Shown one piece after another: positions 58,170-64,000 of a stretch of DNA of 64,000 bases. A model generated the notes under the pieces. It saw only the letters and a list, made by a program, of their open reading frames with translations. It did not search any database and was not told the origin of the DNA. The DNA is taken from the NCBI RefSeq assembly GCF_009914755.1, contig NC_060941.1, one strand, 5' to 3'. This DNA is from the human T2T-CHM13v2.0 reference genome, Homo sapiens. The first letter of the stretch is position 1. Every line of letters begins with the position of its first letter. The translations under genes and the position numbers were made by a program.

Positions 58170-59400
58170 TCTTAATTTTTTCAACTTCACTGAGGCATAA
58201 ATATATACAATAATCTGCATATATTTAAAGTATCTAATTTGCTGAGTTTTGACATATCTACACACCCAAAAAACTATCACCACATTCAAGGTTATTTCTA
58301 TCACTTCTCCAGATTTCCTCATGACACCTTATAATCCATCACTCCATGCATAGGCAACCACCAATCTAATTTCTGCCACTATAGACTAGTTTGCCTTTTC
58401 TGGAATTTTATATAAACGGAATCATGTCATATGTACTAATTTTTGTCTGGCTTCTTTCACTCAAGATAGTTGTTTTGAAATTCACCTATGTTGCACCATG
58501 TATCAACAACTTACCGTTTTATTACTAGGTAGTATTCCATTGTAATGGATGTACAGTTCATCATTCACCTGTTGAGGGACATTTGGGTCATTTCCAGCTT
58601 TTGGCTATAAGCAATGTTGCTATGAAAATTTGTGTACAAGTCTTCCTGAAGATGTATATTTTCCTGTCTCTTAGGTAAATATTCCAAGTGGAATAGCTGG
58701 GTAATATGGTAAATATATGTTTAACTTAAAAAAAAAGTCCCAAACTATTTTCCAAAGTGGTTGTACCATTTTACCATCAACACTGTGAGAGCTTGTTTCT
58801 GTACATCCTTGCCCATACTTGGTATGGTCACTCTTTTTTATTTTTAGCCATTCTAATGGGTATGTAGTAGTACTGTATTGTGGTTTTAATTTGCCTGATG
58901 GCTACTGATGTTGAGTATCTTTTATGTGCTTATCACCATGTGTATTATCTTCTTTAGTGAGTAGATACAAGTCCTTTGATATACATTTTGCAAATATTTT
59001 CCCATCTGTGGCTTGCCTTTTCATTTTCTTAATGTTATCTTTTGAAGAATGAAAATTTTTAGTTTCGATAAGTCCAATATATCAATTTTTTCTTTTTAAA
59101 GAATTTTGTTGTTGTTGTGCTAAGGAACCTTGACATATCTCAAGGCCACAAAGATTTTTTTCCTGTTTTCTTCTGGAACTTTTATAGTTTTAAAACTTCA
59201 GTCTGAGTCATTTGAAGTTAATTTTTGCTTACAATATAAAGTTAGGTTTGATGTTCACTTTTTTCCCCATGGATCCAGTCCGTTTGTCGAAAAGACTTTC
59301 TTTTCCCCGCTGAATTACCTTATTACCTCTGTTGAGAACTAATTGACCATATATGCATGGGTTTGTGGACTAGCTGTTCTGTTTCACTGATCTATATATA
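58170..59400 (-). mobile_element. L1M 3' region (resumes at about 61245-61350 after Hsmar2)
   Basis: TTTTCCAAAGTGGTTGTACCATTTTA and GGCTTCTTTCACTC motifs of a minus-strand L1. Confidence 0.75.
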
Positions 59401-61244
<1,844 letters not shown>

Positions 61245-61684
61245 TTTCTACAAAAAAAATTCTGCTAGAATTCTAATTGGGATTGCAATGATTCTGTAGA
61301 TCACTGTAGGGAGAAAACATTGAGTTGCCTAAAATATTGGTATGCCTCTCCACTCTACTGGATTTTATAACATATAAGGCCATAGTATTTAAAACAAGCT
61401 AGTATTGGTGTACAAATACAGAAACAGAATAGAAGAGGTCCAGAGACAGACTTGAATGTATATGGAAAATAAGTATACAATTAAAGTTGCGTTAAAGTCC
61501 AATAGAGAAAACACGGATTATCAACATATGGTATTAAGACAATTAGTCAACATAAGATAAAACACCAACATATGGTATTAAGACAATTATGTTATTAAGA
61601 CAATTATTCAGACATCTGAAAAAAATTTTAGTTCCCTATTCACTCCTTATACCAAATAAAATTTCACAGGGTCAAAGATTTTAA

Positions 61685-62074
<390 letters not shown>

Positions 62075-63836
62075 TAAATAAATAAGACAAGTGACATATG
62101 ACAATCTGGAAACATATTTGTAAACATAATATGGCAGACATAGAGCTAATTTCCTCAATATATGAGGTTTAATAAATTAAGAAGAAACAGAAGAACGTAA
62201 TATGATAAGGGAACAATGTAATACAATAAGGGTACAACGTACACGAAGAGACAAATTTACAAAAAGAGAAAAGTCTCATACCTTGCTGGAAGGCATCGCA
62301 AAGTAGAATAACTTTAAAAAAATTTTGTTCCCTTTATGAGACAGTTGGTACTAAATGACCCAAATCATTACTAATTCACAAGCTATTCAATTTTCCAGTT
62401 AAAAATAGATACATGCCTGGCTGGGCGTGGTGGCTCACATCTGTAATCCCAGCACTTTGGGAGCCCAAGGTGGGTGAATCACGAGGTCAGGAGATCGAGA
62501 CCATACTGGCTAACATGGTGAAACCCTGTCTCTAATAAAAATACAAAAACAAAATTAGCTGGGCGTGGTGTCGGGCACCTGTAGTCCCAGCTACTCGGGA
62601 GGCTGAGGCAGCAGAATGGCGTGAACCCAGGAGGCAGAGCTTGCAGTGTGCCAAGATCGCGCCACTGCACTCCAGCCCCAGCCACAGAGTGAGACTCAGT
62701 CTCAAAAAAAAAAAAAAATTGATACATGCCTACACATTTATCATAGATCTACGGCCTAAATACATTTGTTGCCACAATGGTTACAGTACATAGCTGTATA
62801 TTTCTGGTGGCCCAAAATTTGAATCCTTTTCCTAAGTTTGTGGCGTGTCTTTCTTATTGGTAAAGGTTTTATCAAACTTCCTTGCAGCCAGGGAAGAATG
62901 ACTTTTACTGCAGCACTTAACAGCAAAAGCATGCAAACAATGTACTAAATGCCCACACAGTAACATGTCAAATTGATCATGGGGCATCCCTACAATGTAT
63001 GATGGGCTACTATGCTGTGTTACAATGAACAAGGCAAAGTACTTCCTACTGATGCAGTGTTTCTGGTGGATACATCTATTTGTTAACTCTGCAATTCCAC
63101 TTCTAAGAATTTATGGGACAGATATACTCACATATACATGCAAAGATAAGTAGAATGACACTGCAAAACTACAACAGCAAAAATGTGAAAACAAACTATA
63201 ATTATCCATCACACAGGAACTTGTTAAGTCAATTATGCAATACACACAATGGGATACAATGCTGTGTTAAAATGAACAAGGCAATGTACTTCCTACTGAT
63301 TCCAAACAACCTCCAAGATACATTGTTTTTAAAAAAGGGGAAGGTAGTAGCAGAGGTTCCCAACAGAGTGTATATAAAATAATCAAAGTATATAAACAAA
63401 GTATGAGGAGTATTTGTTTTTCTTTGAGTCAGGCATAAATACATAGGAATAGTGTCCCCAGAAAAATACAAAAGAAATTGATTAACAGTAGCTGCGTGTG
63501 GAGAAACAGGGGACTGGAGAGAAACAGTAGGAAGGAACTTTACTTTTCATCATTGTATAACTCAAGTGTTTACCAAAAAAAGGTAAATGACTAGGAAACT
63601 TAATATTATAGATTAAAAAAATATAAACAGCCCTAGAGTACAGTACAAGAAAAAAAAAAAAAAAGGCCAGGCGCGGTGGCTCACACCTTTAATCCCAGCA
63701 CTTTGGGAGGTCGAGGCGGGCAGATCACGAGGTCAGGAGTTCAAGACCAGCATGACCAACATGGAGAAACCCCGTCTCTACTAAAAAATACAAAAATTAG
63801 CCAGGCGTGGTGGGGCACACCTGTCCCAGCTACTCA

Positions 63837-63998
<162 letters not shown>

Positions 63999-64000
63999 GT

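Overview
Alu-dense primate genomic DNA, most likely human 17q12, with two head-to-tail genes on the minus strand. The first is the 3' part of DDX52 (ROK1-like DEAD-box RNA helicase): 13 coding exons from 56383 down to the stop at 37268, MIR378J in the last intron, and a long repeat-rich 3'UTR that probably ends about 300 bp from the next promoter. The second is the 5' part of SYNRG (synergin gamma, an AP-1 accessory protein): a CpG-island promoter near 32.4 kb and coding exons 1-7 down to 384. All called exons have GT-AG boundaries and consistent reading phases. The rest is interspersed repeat: about 60 Alus, L1/L2/MIR, MaLR LTRs, Tigger1, Tigger3, Hsmar2 and MER20. Nearly all ORF-track hits are Alu translations. 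I see no new multi-gene system. The best lead is a splicing module in SYNRG intron 6. It holds an in-frame 303-nt exon (2134-2436), absent from the canonical human protein as I recall it, that encodes an extra acidic-Phe gamma-ear-type motif (DEEEFSDF). Around that exon are a ~168-nt AG-exclusion zone, a YCAY cluster, a possible intronic poly(A) site, a candidate AG|GTAAG recursive splice site and a tight inverted-Alu pair. Gene names, DDX52 exon numbers and repeat subfamilies come from recall, not from a database search, and repeat boundaries are approximate.
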